DNA of 63,805 nucleotides, the filler included, from Sluysia triapertura (Eukaryota): assembly GCA_046118255.1 (NCBI GenBank). It is 5 parts of 5 records of this genome, joined end to end, with 100 filler letters (N's around TTAATTAATTAA, not from the genome) between each part and the next. Parts side by side here need not be neighbours in the genome. Positions count along the whole stretch, not along the records: positions 52,675 to 63,805 come from JBJNIA010188454.1; 4 more parts are not named here. One strand, written 5' to 3'. Both the position numbers and the translations under genes were made by a program. Shown in pieces: positions 52,575 to 63,805 of the stretch. Under the pieces are notes generated by a model. The model did no database searches, had not been told where the DNA came from, and was given only the letters and a program-made list of their open reading frames with translations. How positions within the stretch are numbered: position 1 is the first letter of the stretch; every line of letters begins with the position of its first letter.

Positions 52575-52674
52575 NNNNNNNNNNNNNNNNNNNNNNNNNN
52601 NNNNNNNNNNNNNNNNNNTTAATTAATTAANNNNNNNNNNNNNNNNNNNNNNNNNNNNNNNNNNNNNNNNNNNN
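52575..52674. other. Artificial assembly spacer
   Basis: N44-TTAATTAATTAA-N44. Confidence 0.98.
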
Positions 52675-53936
52675 TTTAAACAACTAATTTAAATGAAATA
52701 ATTTTTTATTAACAATTTTTTACAAATATTAATAATTTTAGAAATAACTTTTTACATTTTTATAAATAATTTTATAAATAATGATTTTTATAATAATAAT
52801 AAAAATAATAAAATCAAACATATACCAACTTGGAAGATTCGAATCCTTTTTTGAAAATAATTAATATAATTTAATGATTTGAAAATAATTAGAATAAATT
52901 AATGATTTAAAATAAATTACTCGTCTATTTATTCGAAATAGTTTAGATTAAACTGGACTTTAACTTTACTAATGGTTAAAATATACTAATTTAAACTTTA
53001 GATGACTAATTTAAACATTGCATTTACTATTAATAACATTACAACAAGATTAATCAGGAATGAAACATGACATAGCATTCTGAATTGATAAACATAGTTT
53101 GTTGATCGTGCAACCTTAATCATATCTTTGAACATAAATGAAAATAAATTATAAAAATTAATATTAATCATAAACTATATCAAAAAAATCAATACTGAAA
53201 ATCTTGAATGCTATTCAAATTAAGCAATAAAAATGGAATTTTACTACATGTACTTACTTTGTTTACTATGCTTAATAATTTCAAATACTCATGTGGTGTG
53301 ATTTTAAGGCTAATGTAGAATCCATGACAAATGTGGAATATGTTGAAATTTAGGCAGAATATATAGATATTCCTGTTTATTTAATAGTTGAAAATTCTCT
53401 GAAAGAGCCTGATTTAAAAACAGATGACAACTAAATACTAAAAGTGGTGGTACTTACAAACATACTATTTATTCTGATCACAAATATTTGGTAAAAGCAA
53501 ATAAATTTAGTTGGTTAACTTTTATTACGAATGATTATATTCATTTTTTTCTATTATCGTTTATATTAACATTCTATTTGTTCTATAAAAATTTTGTCAT
53601 TAATATAAATACCATCCGTTTATTGTTCACTGAAATTATTATTGTTTTAAAGGGCCTTAAACCCTATATACGTGTTAATAGATATCTTTCCTGGTTAATT
53701 TATAAAGCTCATGTTTCGTATACGAATAATTTAAATAATTGAATAAAAAATTTTGTTAACTTATTTTAATTAAAGCAGGTTGTGTAATAAAAATATATGA
53801 TCCCCTCCAATTAATATTAACAAACAATCGAAGATTATGTATAAGGATATAATTCAAGACAATATTGTATTATTCTGCTCTTAATTAATGATTGGCATGT
53901 TCAATTGAATTCTTCGTGTTTTCAATTTATGTTTAA

Positions 53937-54003
<67 letters not shown>
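53937..54003. repeat. (ATT)n microsatellite (others at ~1424-1470, 2183-2263, 20667-20733, 24842-24900)
   Basis: Perfect trinucleotide run. Confidence 0.97.
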
Positions 54004-55039
54004 GAATACAGGGCATTACAATGTTTATAAAGTAAAATATTGTAAATTCGCTAAAATTTAAATATGTTGAAAAATTTTGTTTTGATTTTATATAATTGAA
54101 CAAATAATTTTTATATTGAGTAGCTTAAAGATTTTTATAACATTTTAGACTTAACGAATATTATCCTTTTTTAAAAGGGAACAAGAAACATAAGGTTAAA
54201 AAGTGAATATGAGTTAGTGTTTTTATCATTTTCTTCTTGGATTTTATCATATGCGATGGCTCACTCATTAACTAAAAATTTCATCAACGAAAAAAACATA
54301 AAACACCCATAAAACATGCACTACAAAGCATTAACTTTTTCAAAACTTCATACATTTAAAAGAACAGTTTGCAGCAATTCTTTTATATCCTAAATATATT
54401 TATTTTAAAACACATTCATTAATCAACTTTCAATTCATATAAATAAATTATTTATATTTTCATTTCCTAATTTATGCGAAATTATTCATAGATAGTTTAG
54501 CTTATGATTTCCATTTTATATTCTATGTTAACCAGATATTCATATATAATAGTAAGATGTGCTAATCGCCTGACTGGCTTTTAACGTTGCTTATTTTTCA
54601 TTTTCAGTAGGAAAAGTAGTTTTTAATAGTCCAAGTTATATGGGACAAACTTCGTAAAATTCGTATTATTGCGTCTTTATAATAATTTTAGATACTAAAT
54701 ATCTTAAAATTCAAGCACAAAGTCAAAATATGATTTAACCGCAATTATGTTATCAATATTAGAAAATAACAAATTATAAATTTACAAATTAATTTCAAGA
54801 ATGAATTAAATAATACTTAACTATTATTTAACTATTAATTAACGATTAAAAATTAAAGGTAAAAAATTTATAATCCCAAACTATCAAAATTAATAAACCA
54901 GATTCAAACAAAATATTATGTAAACGCAATTCTTAAATAAATCGGAATCAAACGATTTCTGCGTTAAGTCCTTAGAAACAAAATATTCAATTATATTATA
55001 TTTTAATATCAATAATTTTATTGTGAAATTAGTAACGAA

Positions 55040-56560
55040 ATCAACTCGCTTATATAGTAAATTTCTAATCACTTATTCTAGTTATCCAATATCGATAAAC
55101 ATAATACAATAAAACTCTCAATCCCTTTGCCTTTATTTAGCGGAAAACCATTTGTCAAATCAATGTAATCAAATGTGATAGTCCACCTCAAATTCCTAAA
55201 CTGACAATAATGATTGATGCGATTAATTAATTTTACGATATCCATTCTTTTCTACTTTTAACAAACACTTCTTACTTTAAAATAACATATGGTAAAATTA
55301 TATTTCCTCGTATTACTATCAACTTAACTTTAGATATGATTTTTACTGCCTTTAATATATGGGAAAAGTAATTTAAAGTAGAATAAAGCAAAAGTTTTGA
55401 AAGACTCATGTAAGTAATTAATATACATGTTCTCTTCATCATCATGTTTACTTTTAGGTTGTCTTTCCTCGTTCTCAACATTGTCCATCTTCGCTCTACG
55501 GAACTCCCTTAGCAGTTCTTCTTCGTCCGTTAGTCTACGTGGATGTCCGTCATACTCATTCACGCTCCTCATCATAGTTATCGTAATTACAATTTATTTG
55601 CCCTTCATTCCTATTTTTATCGAATCTTACTTTCCTGGATGTGGTTTGTTTAGTCTCCGGTATACTGTTTAAGTCTTGTTTGAAAGTATCTTAGTTTATT
55701 ACAATTTCGAGCGTAATGTCCATGTCTACCGCAATTGTGACATACTATACTTCTATATTCGTTCGCATTTCATTATTATAATTAGATCTTGCATGGCTTT
55801 TATTTCTTACAGAAAAGCCATTGTTACTATCCGGCCATCTTGGTGATGGATTTGGTTCATACTCCCTAAAACCAAAATTATTCGGTTGTCCTGTCCCAAA
55901 TCCTCTCATATTTCTACCTGTATTATTCCTTACTGAAAAATTATACGTATTTCCATTATTTCCTCGAAAATTATTACATTCAAAAGAATTTTTATTACTT
56001 CTTGCTCCTGTAGTATTAGTATCGTCATCTACATAATTTACGTTATTTTTCTTTGTCTTTCCAATTCTTTCAATAGCTCTTACTTTTTTGATTATATCTC
56101 TAAATGATAAATTATCTATTAAACCCACATATTCCTAGTTGGGACATAGCCCATTTTTAAACTCATCAATTAATGTTGCCTCTATTATTTTCCGGAACTT
56201 TAGCTCTTGAATTTAAAATTTTAAGTGCACAAGCAAATTCATAAACTGTTTCATCATCTTTGTTTTCTTATATTTAACATTTTTGCGTAATATTTTCCTA
56301 TTTCCTCTAAAGCTATTTCTTCGATAAAGTGATCAACAAATGTATTCCAATCTTATATTCATCATCCATTTCCTTATAAGTTTGTATTGTATCCTTTTAA
56401 TTTTTTCTAATCCTGCCCAACCATTCAACCATGCTATCAAATTCAAACAAGAAGTCACAGAGATCCTCCTCCTTACCATTAAACTTACCGCTGGTTTAAT
56501 ATTCTGGGTTAGTTCAGACATACCGTCTTGAAATTCATTAAATGGTACCGTCATTGCAAA
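55040..56560 (-). mobile_element. gag: Ty3/gypsy gag plus degenerate protease remnant
   Basis: ETVYEFACALK (capsid-like), an N/G/R-rich linker, CCHC knuckle CHNCGRHGHYARNC (~55701-55742) and a degenerate protease site FIDIG..VIRNLLYKR (~55050-55100). Confidence 0.85.
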
Positions 56561-56880
56561 TCTCTAATGAATTGCTTCTTAAAGTTCGTTTAGTTCTGTT
56601 GTTAGTTTTTTCTTTATTATTATTCTTATCGTTATCTATTCTTAAATCTTAACTATGGTTACTTATCAATAAACTTAATAGCTTAAAATGAAATAATATA
56701 TTCAACAAAATGCAGGCATCCAGATTCGATTAAGCAACTCAGCACCTTAGAGGTATTATTAAAACCAGAAAGTCGTGTCTCGACAGTCAAAGAACCTAAC
56801 TTATCAATAAATTAAAAGGCGTGGCACAATGGATGAGTACCAGAAATCAAAATGAAGAACAGAATTTTTTGCAAAGTGAA

Positions 56881-56907
56881 GGAATCGAACCCTCACTCTG
56901 GACACCA
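56881..56907 (-). promoter_or_regulatory. Primer-binding site
   Basis: Minus strand ..TGCA-AAAT-TGGTGTCCAGAGTGAGGGTTCGATTCC is complementary to a tRNA 3' end including CCA and lies upstream of gag. Confidence 0.75.
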
Positions 56908-56911
56908 ATTT

Positions 56912-57700
56912 TGCAAGTGTTATTTCCTAAAAGAATTTACTTAGCAAAAGAATATCGTCTGAAGGCAAGTTCGGCTAATTAGAGACGGTTTACGTCACTA
57001 GCCGACGACGGTCTAATTAGACTTAAATCGTAACGGAATTAACTAGAAAAGATAATCCGTCGTAAAACAAGATACCTGACAGGATTGGATTTTTTAGCGT
57101 TAAACAATGTGTATCTTTAGCTTAAGTTGTAGGTTGAGACAGCCTTTTTACGGTCTGGTTAAATTACTACAGATTTTTAAATAACACAAGTTAAGATAAC
57201 TTTTAAATAATTCTATTTTATACGAAAATTTAAAAAACAAATCTTACAATGAACACGAAGATCAGTTTAGAATCTTAAGAAGGTTTTTCTTAGATCCAAA
57301 AAGATTTTAATGTGATTTTAAGTCAGCCTTTTTACGGTCTGACGTATATATTTTAAGTAAGAATTTATGTCCTATTTTAGTAAAATTAGGACTTAAGAAA
57401 ACTTATACATAACAAAATTACTTTTTCATGGACATTTGTTCGCGAATTGACGTTTATAAACTGAGAAATTTTCTTTTTCTTTCTTTCCAAAAGTTTGTTT
57501 GAATTGCCTTTTCTTATCTACTAAATATTCAATTTTGTCAAAAATTAACTTACCTTATATACTAAATTTGTTTCCTCCATTTTGTTTGTTTATAAAATTA
57601 GTTAATTAAAACAATTACAGACTTATTTGGGATTAGATAATTAAACACGTATTTTATATTGTCCTATTTTTACTAATAAATGTTTTATATTTTAATTTAT
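56912..57700 (-). mobile_element. 5' LTR of the gag remnant (outer boundary uncertain)
   Basis: Ends in CA next to the PBS. Internal 18-bp direct repeat CAGCCTTTTTACGGTCTG (~57140 and ~57324) and TATATAAG at ~57555-57562 on the minus strand. Confidence 0.55.
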
Positions 57701-59033
57701 TTTGTATTTATATTTTTTATATTTTTTGTTACGTTTATATTTATAATAATAATAATAAATAAATAAATTTTGAAGATAAAATACAATGATTTAATAAAAT
57801 AAATCAAATATTCATAAATAACAGTCAAATATTGATCAAATAAAATAATTGTTCAGTTAGAACCAAGTTAGAGTCAATTTAGCTTTAGTTAGTTTGCTTG
57901 CTAGTCTGCTCTTCTGTGCTTCCTCACATAGCAATGAATATTCCTCATACTTTTTATATCAAAGCAAATTTTTTCTCCATCAAACGTTGGCTTCACTCAT
58001 TTTAGTCATCAATAAGCAGGATTTTAATGAAGTAATTTCGGAAAATGTGAAGGTCCTCCATTTCTTATTCTATAAAAATGAAGGGCTGACATTTTTATTT
58101 CATATAAAATACCTGTAAATGCTTCAAATTTATTTCAAGATAAACCCTATTTCTCATAAAGAACTTCTTGCTTTCAATTCTGTACATTATATAATATATT
58201 TAATATAATACCATTGTCAAACACTAAATAAATGAATTACGTACATCTTCGAAATATGGTAGAAATATGTATATTACATACCATTGAAATAAAAGTATAC
58301 TCATTAATTAATTCAACAGCCATTAGAAGAAAAGTCAAAAATTTAATTGAGAAACGATTAAATAATGACAATAATTTTAAGTGGAAATTTCAAAAGGTGT
58401 CGTGATATCTTCGGCAGAAACACCGTTAAGCAAAATCATTCTTTTTCGATTGTATAATCCTTTCTTTATATGATGGTTACATTGTACAACAAATTATGGT
58501 TATGTACCTTTTTTTACCTAATATTGCACCTATGATTTACTAATAGGTTTTTTTCATACTATAAAAACTTCAAAATTTAATCTATTTAAATTCGAGATCT
58601 TTTTTCTTTGATTACTTTAAAGGTTGTGAAGTATTATAAATGTATAATAAATTAACAAGACCTAAAAAACTGAACTTTTAAACACTCAGATATTGAAAAG
58701 TTAAAATTTTTTATACTTTGTGTATGCGTAAATTCAACATACTGTTTTACCTAATCGCGTTTAGGACAATTTTATTTTCATATCTATTTTTTTCAATTTT
58801 CGTCAGGTTATAATTTTTTAATATAATTTAATAATTTTCTTATTTCGCATATGGTGAATAAACAATTTCTGCTCGTTTTTATTTTACTTCATTTTACTTA
58901 TTACTTACACGGAATTTTAACGTAAGAACTATGTTTATAATTTGTTTCGGCCAACCTCATTTTAATTAGTTTTTCAATTATATTAAAATTCACTTAATAT
59001 TTAATTTAAACTTGAAATTTTTATAAATTTTAG

Positions 59034-59234
59034 GACTTCAAAGATGGGGTAGTGTATGTAAAACTTCAAGGTGCCTGTAGTAGTTGTCCAAGTTCTATTG
59101 TCACTTTGAAAAATGCAGTACAGAATATGCTTCAATTTTATATACCTGAAGTTAAGAGTGTGGAACAAATAGAAGATGACGTTGATAAAATTTCTAATCA
59201 AGTATTTGATGATTTTGAAAAGAAACTCAAATAA
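59034..59234 (+). CDS. NFU1: Terminal exon of the NFU1 iron-sulfur cluster scaffold (NifU C-terminal domain)
   Basis: Acceptor aaattttag, then [45 protein letters not shown] with the CxxC motif. Stop at 59232-59234 and AATAAA at 59344 and ~59431. Confidence 0.95.
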   Translation, partial: DFKDGVVYVKLQGACSSCPSSIVTLKNAVQNMLQFYIPEVKSVEQIEDDVDKISNQVFDDFEKKLK

Positions 59235-59927
59235 TGTTATGTAATATAAGATAATAGTTTTGCATTTCATGATAATTTTTAATTTTGTTTATGTACAAGC
59301 TAATACAGTTTTTGCAAAGTACACACATAATGGACATCTGCTAAATAAACCGTAAGAAATTCATCCTTACTGTCATATTTTGAATATTGAAAGTAGAATT
59401 TTACTTTAAATTTTTTTTATTCAGAAAAATAATAAATAAAAATTAACTTTTCTGTTGTTTATATATTAATGATCATTTCAATTCCAAATAAAATATACAT
59501 GAATAAGTTTCTAAACAACATTTTATTTATCACAAGCTCAACGACTCCTAACAAAATGACAATACTTAGTCATAATATGAGTTTTAAACCAAATTGTATT
59601 GGTGGTTTTGTAAAAGAACATAATGTAGAATAAACATAATTCTATATTAAATCAAGTAGATTTACATATAACTTGTCAAATAATGCAAAGAATGTACTAT
59701 AATTTCAAGGTTTAGTACAATTTGTTTGCGATAAAACGAAACTCATTCTCTATTGTCATTGATCAAAAATCAGTTAAAACATTGTCGGAGAAATTGTTCC
59801 GATAGATTTGTAAAATGCATAGGTATAATACTCATTCTTCATTTTAATTTTAATCAGTTTTAATAATTTATCATTTTTAATAAAATAAATTCATTTTAAA
59901 GTATTGTTTAAAAGTTATTAAAATTTT

Positions 59928-60400
59928 AATGCTTTAGTATCAATTTAAAATGAGATTACATATAGTCAATACAAATTGAAATTTAATAACAATTAAATTT
60001 AAAGTAAAAATGTGAAATAATTATTTTAAAGTTAGTTAGAATTCATAATTATTAAATCTTGCTACTATAGTCTAAATTATCTTAAAATGAGAATTAATAA
60101 TAACAATATGAAATCAAATTTTAAGAGCATAAACATGATAAAAATTAATTTATATTAAGATTGGGTAGAGTAGAAAAAATAATAAGTAAAAATTAAATTA
60201 TATTAATATAGAATTCAGACAAAAATGATAGTTGTATGATTGTTATTAGTGCAGAATAACATTACTAAAGAAAACAGTTATTTAACCATTTATATATGGT
60301 ATTAATTGAACTGCATTATTATTGACAATTTATATTATATAATGAGTTGTATTATTACTGACAATTTATATTTTATATTGAACTGGATTATTATACAATC
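59928..60400 (+). repeat. Interspersed AT-rich repeat plus minisatellite (copy 2)
   Basis: Homologous to 6337-6985. Confidence 0.7.
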
Positions 60401-62369
60401 ATTTATATGCGACAAAATTAAAACTACGACTATAAAAATAAACATTTATTACAAGTGAGGACAGTAACATTAATATTAACATTATACAAAAGAACAAAGA
60501 ATTTTAATTTTGGAGATTCAAATCATCAAATTCAGTGAAAGATCGTCTACAATAATTCAATTAAATCAGAGTTATATAATTTAAAATTTATTGAATTCTA
60601 AAATTTGTGTTTCAGTTTTAATCATTTAGTTGAAGTTAAAGTCTCAAGAATAACGAATTAAAATTGAGTGTTAATAAAATTAATTATAGTTGTAAGCATA
60701 TTAATCATATTTGTAACATTAAAATTAAAAAAATTAATAACTTTAACTGCTTTGATTTAATAAAATTAACTTATTACTTTTAAGTTCCGCTTGAACGTAG
60801 TAACTGTTACATATTTTTTTAAATAAAGTTAATTAAAGGGGTTGATATTAGAGTCCACATAACTATGTCCAGTCAATTAAACAAGGAAAGCAGTTACTGA
60901 AGGATTTAATAAAGTCCAGAATTAAGTAATATTTAAAGAGTTAAAAAAATTTTCATTAAGCATTACTATTCTGAACAACGAGGACGAGTATATTAATTCA
61001 TACATCCAGTTGAGTTTAATTTAAAGTAATAACATTAATAATGAAGTTCAGAATATTATAAGAATTTAAAGAGATTTAAAGTAATAGAAAAGAAAAATGT
61101 TTTTTCAAGTACGTACAAAAATTTAAAGTATAGAACTGTATTCAGACATAAATTTGACGAAAGTTTAATAAAGTGAAGACAAAGGAATAACGCATAAATT
61201 TTTAAAGACTTAGCAGAAGTAAAAAAATTTAAATTTTAATATATATAAAACCAATTTACAGATTTAATCATAAAATACTTTATATTTTTTAAATAATTAT
61301 TAATTTATAATTTTGAGACACTTTCCATGAGGTGAAACTCTGTAATCTACGTTTAGATCACTGGTCAATAAATATAAAAATATTCATGATTAGATCGATG
61401 TGTAGTGATTCAACCTTTCGCACAAAATTGTATCAACAATTTCACAAGTACAACAAACTAAATCCCAAACCCTAATCAGAAACATTTAAACAGTTCAACA
61501 TAAAATCTTTTATATCTTAAAATAATAAAACAATAAATCAACATAATAATGAAATTTCTTGTAAAATCATGATATTTTACAACTATATTCAAATAAGATT
61601 GTGTTTAATCTACACAGTATTTTTATCATATTTATTGTAAATTTTCATTATTTTTGATTGCCTTTATAAATGAATTGGTGCAGACAGTCGTTGGAGAAAG
61701 CTGAGAGATTTTGTTACCATGAGTGGCTATGGTTTTTCTAACTCTTAACTACGGCAAAATATTTTTTGAACATGGTCCGGTTAGAGTAAACGTCTTATGT
61801 CGTGAAGAGGATGTTTCAGTAACTAAGTGAGGTAATAATATTATCTAAATATAAATAATATATGGCTAGGGTCTTAACAAGTGCTCAAGAGTAACTTTAT
61901 CAGAAAACTTAAAAAATTTATACTTAAACTTTTAATAATCAAATAATGCAAAAAACGTTAATTTTATTTATAAAATACAAAATTTTATCAATAATAATAG
62001 TAAGACAAAATAATATAAAAATAATTATTTTAAGGATTAAAACTCCGAGAACGTTTAATCTAATGCCAAAATATGTTAAGTTGCATTATCCCTCAATATA
62101 TCGGGACTTAAAAAGTTTACAAATAATTAGAAATTTAAGTATATTTTAAAATTTCAACATCTAAATATATAATTTATATTATATATAATTTATATAATTT
62201 ATAAATATATAACTTATAAATATGTAATTTACTAATGAATCGATTTGCTGTTATCCAGAAAATGTTTTCCAATTTTGAATTACTGCGAACCATTACTAAA
62301 ATTCCTCGAACGAACGCGCTGAAAATTAAATTAAACTGATATTTCAAAATGACGATTTTCATTAAACTT

Positions 62370-62635
62370 ATGCAAGTTTATATACTTCATCAACCAATGA
62401 AAATCAATGGAATGTTCTAAAACATTCTAGAAGCTTCTTTCTATTTTTAGAAGCGAAACTTCTTTTTTCGAAAAATAATTTCTTTTTTGGAAAATAAATA
62501 TTTTTAAAGTGATTTTAAAGATTTATAAATAGTTTTAAAGCATTTTATATGATTTTACTTGATTTTTAAATGGTTTTAAATAATTTTCAAGTCTTATTAT
62601 GACATTTTAAATTATTTTATAGGATTGTGATGACA
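62370..62635 (-). mobile_element. Putative LTR 5' end
   Basis: Minus strand TGTCATCACAATCC...TTCTAGAA...CATTGG..TATATAAA, with an abrupt junction to coding-like DNA at 62636. Confidence 0.5.
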
Positions 62636-63330
62636 ACCTAACAGAGCTAAAGAATGCTCAAAAGGAAAAGATAATGTGAAAAAAGCGCTTAATTAATTAA
62701 AAAATAATGAATCTCAAAAATAGAAACTGATTTAAAAAAGAACAACAAAATGACGAGTTATTAATGGCAGGTGATGAGTTACCCAAGAACGTTTGAAAAT
62801 TAATAACTCAGTAAAAAATTTGAGAGGAAACAAAACGTGCAGAAATTAATACATTAGTAACGAAACTGTCAAAAACAGATGCTGAATCGAACCAGTTGAA
62901 AAAAGTACTTGAAAATAGAGAAAGTAGTGAGAAGAAAATTATTGAAGCTGTCAATCAAATAACGAAAACAGTGAAAATATTGGAAAAATAAAAATGCCAT
63001 TTTAAATATCCTTGAATAATGTTGTAAAAAAAGTCAACTGAAGAATTAACACTTGTTAAAAGTCAAGTGAAACAAATCGAAGTAGAACTAAAGCGATTAA
63101 AACAATAAATTTTCAACCACTTAATTAACATTCAGATAAATCAGATCAGTTATTGCAATATGAACAGTAGTTACAAGAAAAGAATCAAGAAAATCAGTTT
63201 TTACAACAGAAATATGTTATAAATAATACAGAGTTCAGTCATCACAAAGATGAAAATAATTAGCGAAAATCAAAATCAAGAAATTATTTTATCTTTAAAA
63301 GAAATAAAATTAGATGTTAGAATAATTATT
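62636..63330 (+). pseudogene. Degenerate coiled-coil ORF (gag-like?) cut by an LTR-like insertion
   Basis: EETKRAEINTLVTKLSKTDAESNQLKKVLENRESSEKKIIEAVNQITK..EELTLVKSQVKQIEVELKRLKQ, with several stops. Confidence 0.4.
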
Positions 63331-63805
63331 GAAGTTATTTATGATTTTATGTGTTAGTTCCTGGCTTCTACTTTACTTATAGATACTAAGATTTTAACTT
63401 TAGTTTAAGATGATTATTCTAACACTGATAATAATATCTGGAGGTTACTGTTCACTCGTCTCTAGTTTAAGAGATGAAAGTGCAATTTTGTTTGATTAAC
63501 GTTAAAATTCAAGCTCTTCTCCTTAAAATTAAATATTATAAACGAAACTTACTAAAAGTTTATTTAACAAATGTAACTAACAAATACAAAGTCTACAAAA
63601 ATAGTTCGGATAATATTCACAATTTAAAATGTACCACATGTAGTTATATTTTGGGTGCTTATAAACTTCTTTTCAAATTTAAATTTAACACTCAACTTGT
63701 TTTAAATGTTATTCTGATGAAAATTCATAATCAAATATTAATGTATTTTAAATTGTAAAATGTCAATTATTCAAATACCTTGACTCGGATATAATAAATA
63801 CCTTT

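Noticed and set aside
11752-52674. Regularly spaced TTAATTAATTAA words flanked by Ns
   Set aside because: These are artificial six-frame-stop assembly spacers, not biology. Synteny across them is not assumed.

Overview
Very AT-rich eukaryotic genomic DNA, not prokaryotic. The host is probably a freshwater planarian (triclad), inferred from an 18S rRNA pseudogene fragment, the AT content, (AAT)n microsatellites and GT-AG introns. The window is five sequence blocks joined by four artificial 100-bp spacers (N44-TTAATTAATTAA-N44), so linkage across spacers is not guaranteed. Host content is sparse: three spliced exons of an unidentified gene (2.7-6.1 kb, minus), the last exon of NFU1 (59.0-59.2 kb), a spliced FG-motif/30-bp-repeat ORF (48.3-49.6 kb), a class A GPCR pseudogene fragment and an 18S fragment. 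The rest is mostly decayed mobile DNA: three Ty3/gypsy remnants, LTR-like pieces, piggyBac ends and a LINE RT fragment. The top observation is the gypsy element at 27.5-32.7 kb, which carries downstream of integrase a second ~840-codon degenerate polyprotein. It starts with its own retropepsin (DTGA), followed by repeated signal-peptide/ectodomain/TM modules and a PPxY motif, and a diverged homolog of the membrane modules lies at 9.4-10.1 kb. Block 2 also holds an intronless cargo cluster with a Hillarin/KY transglutaminase-like gene that has its own CCAAT/TATA promoter, a MYND-finger-like ORF and unknown ORFs, probably from giant LTR retroelements. All assignments are by-eye translation and motif recognition; no searches were run.
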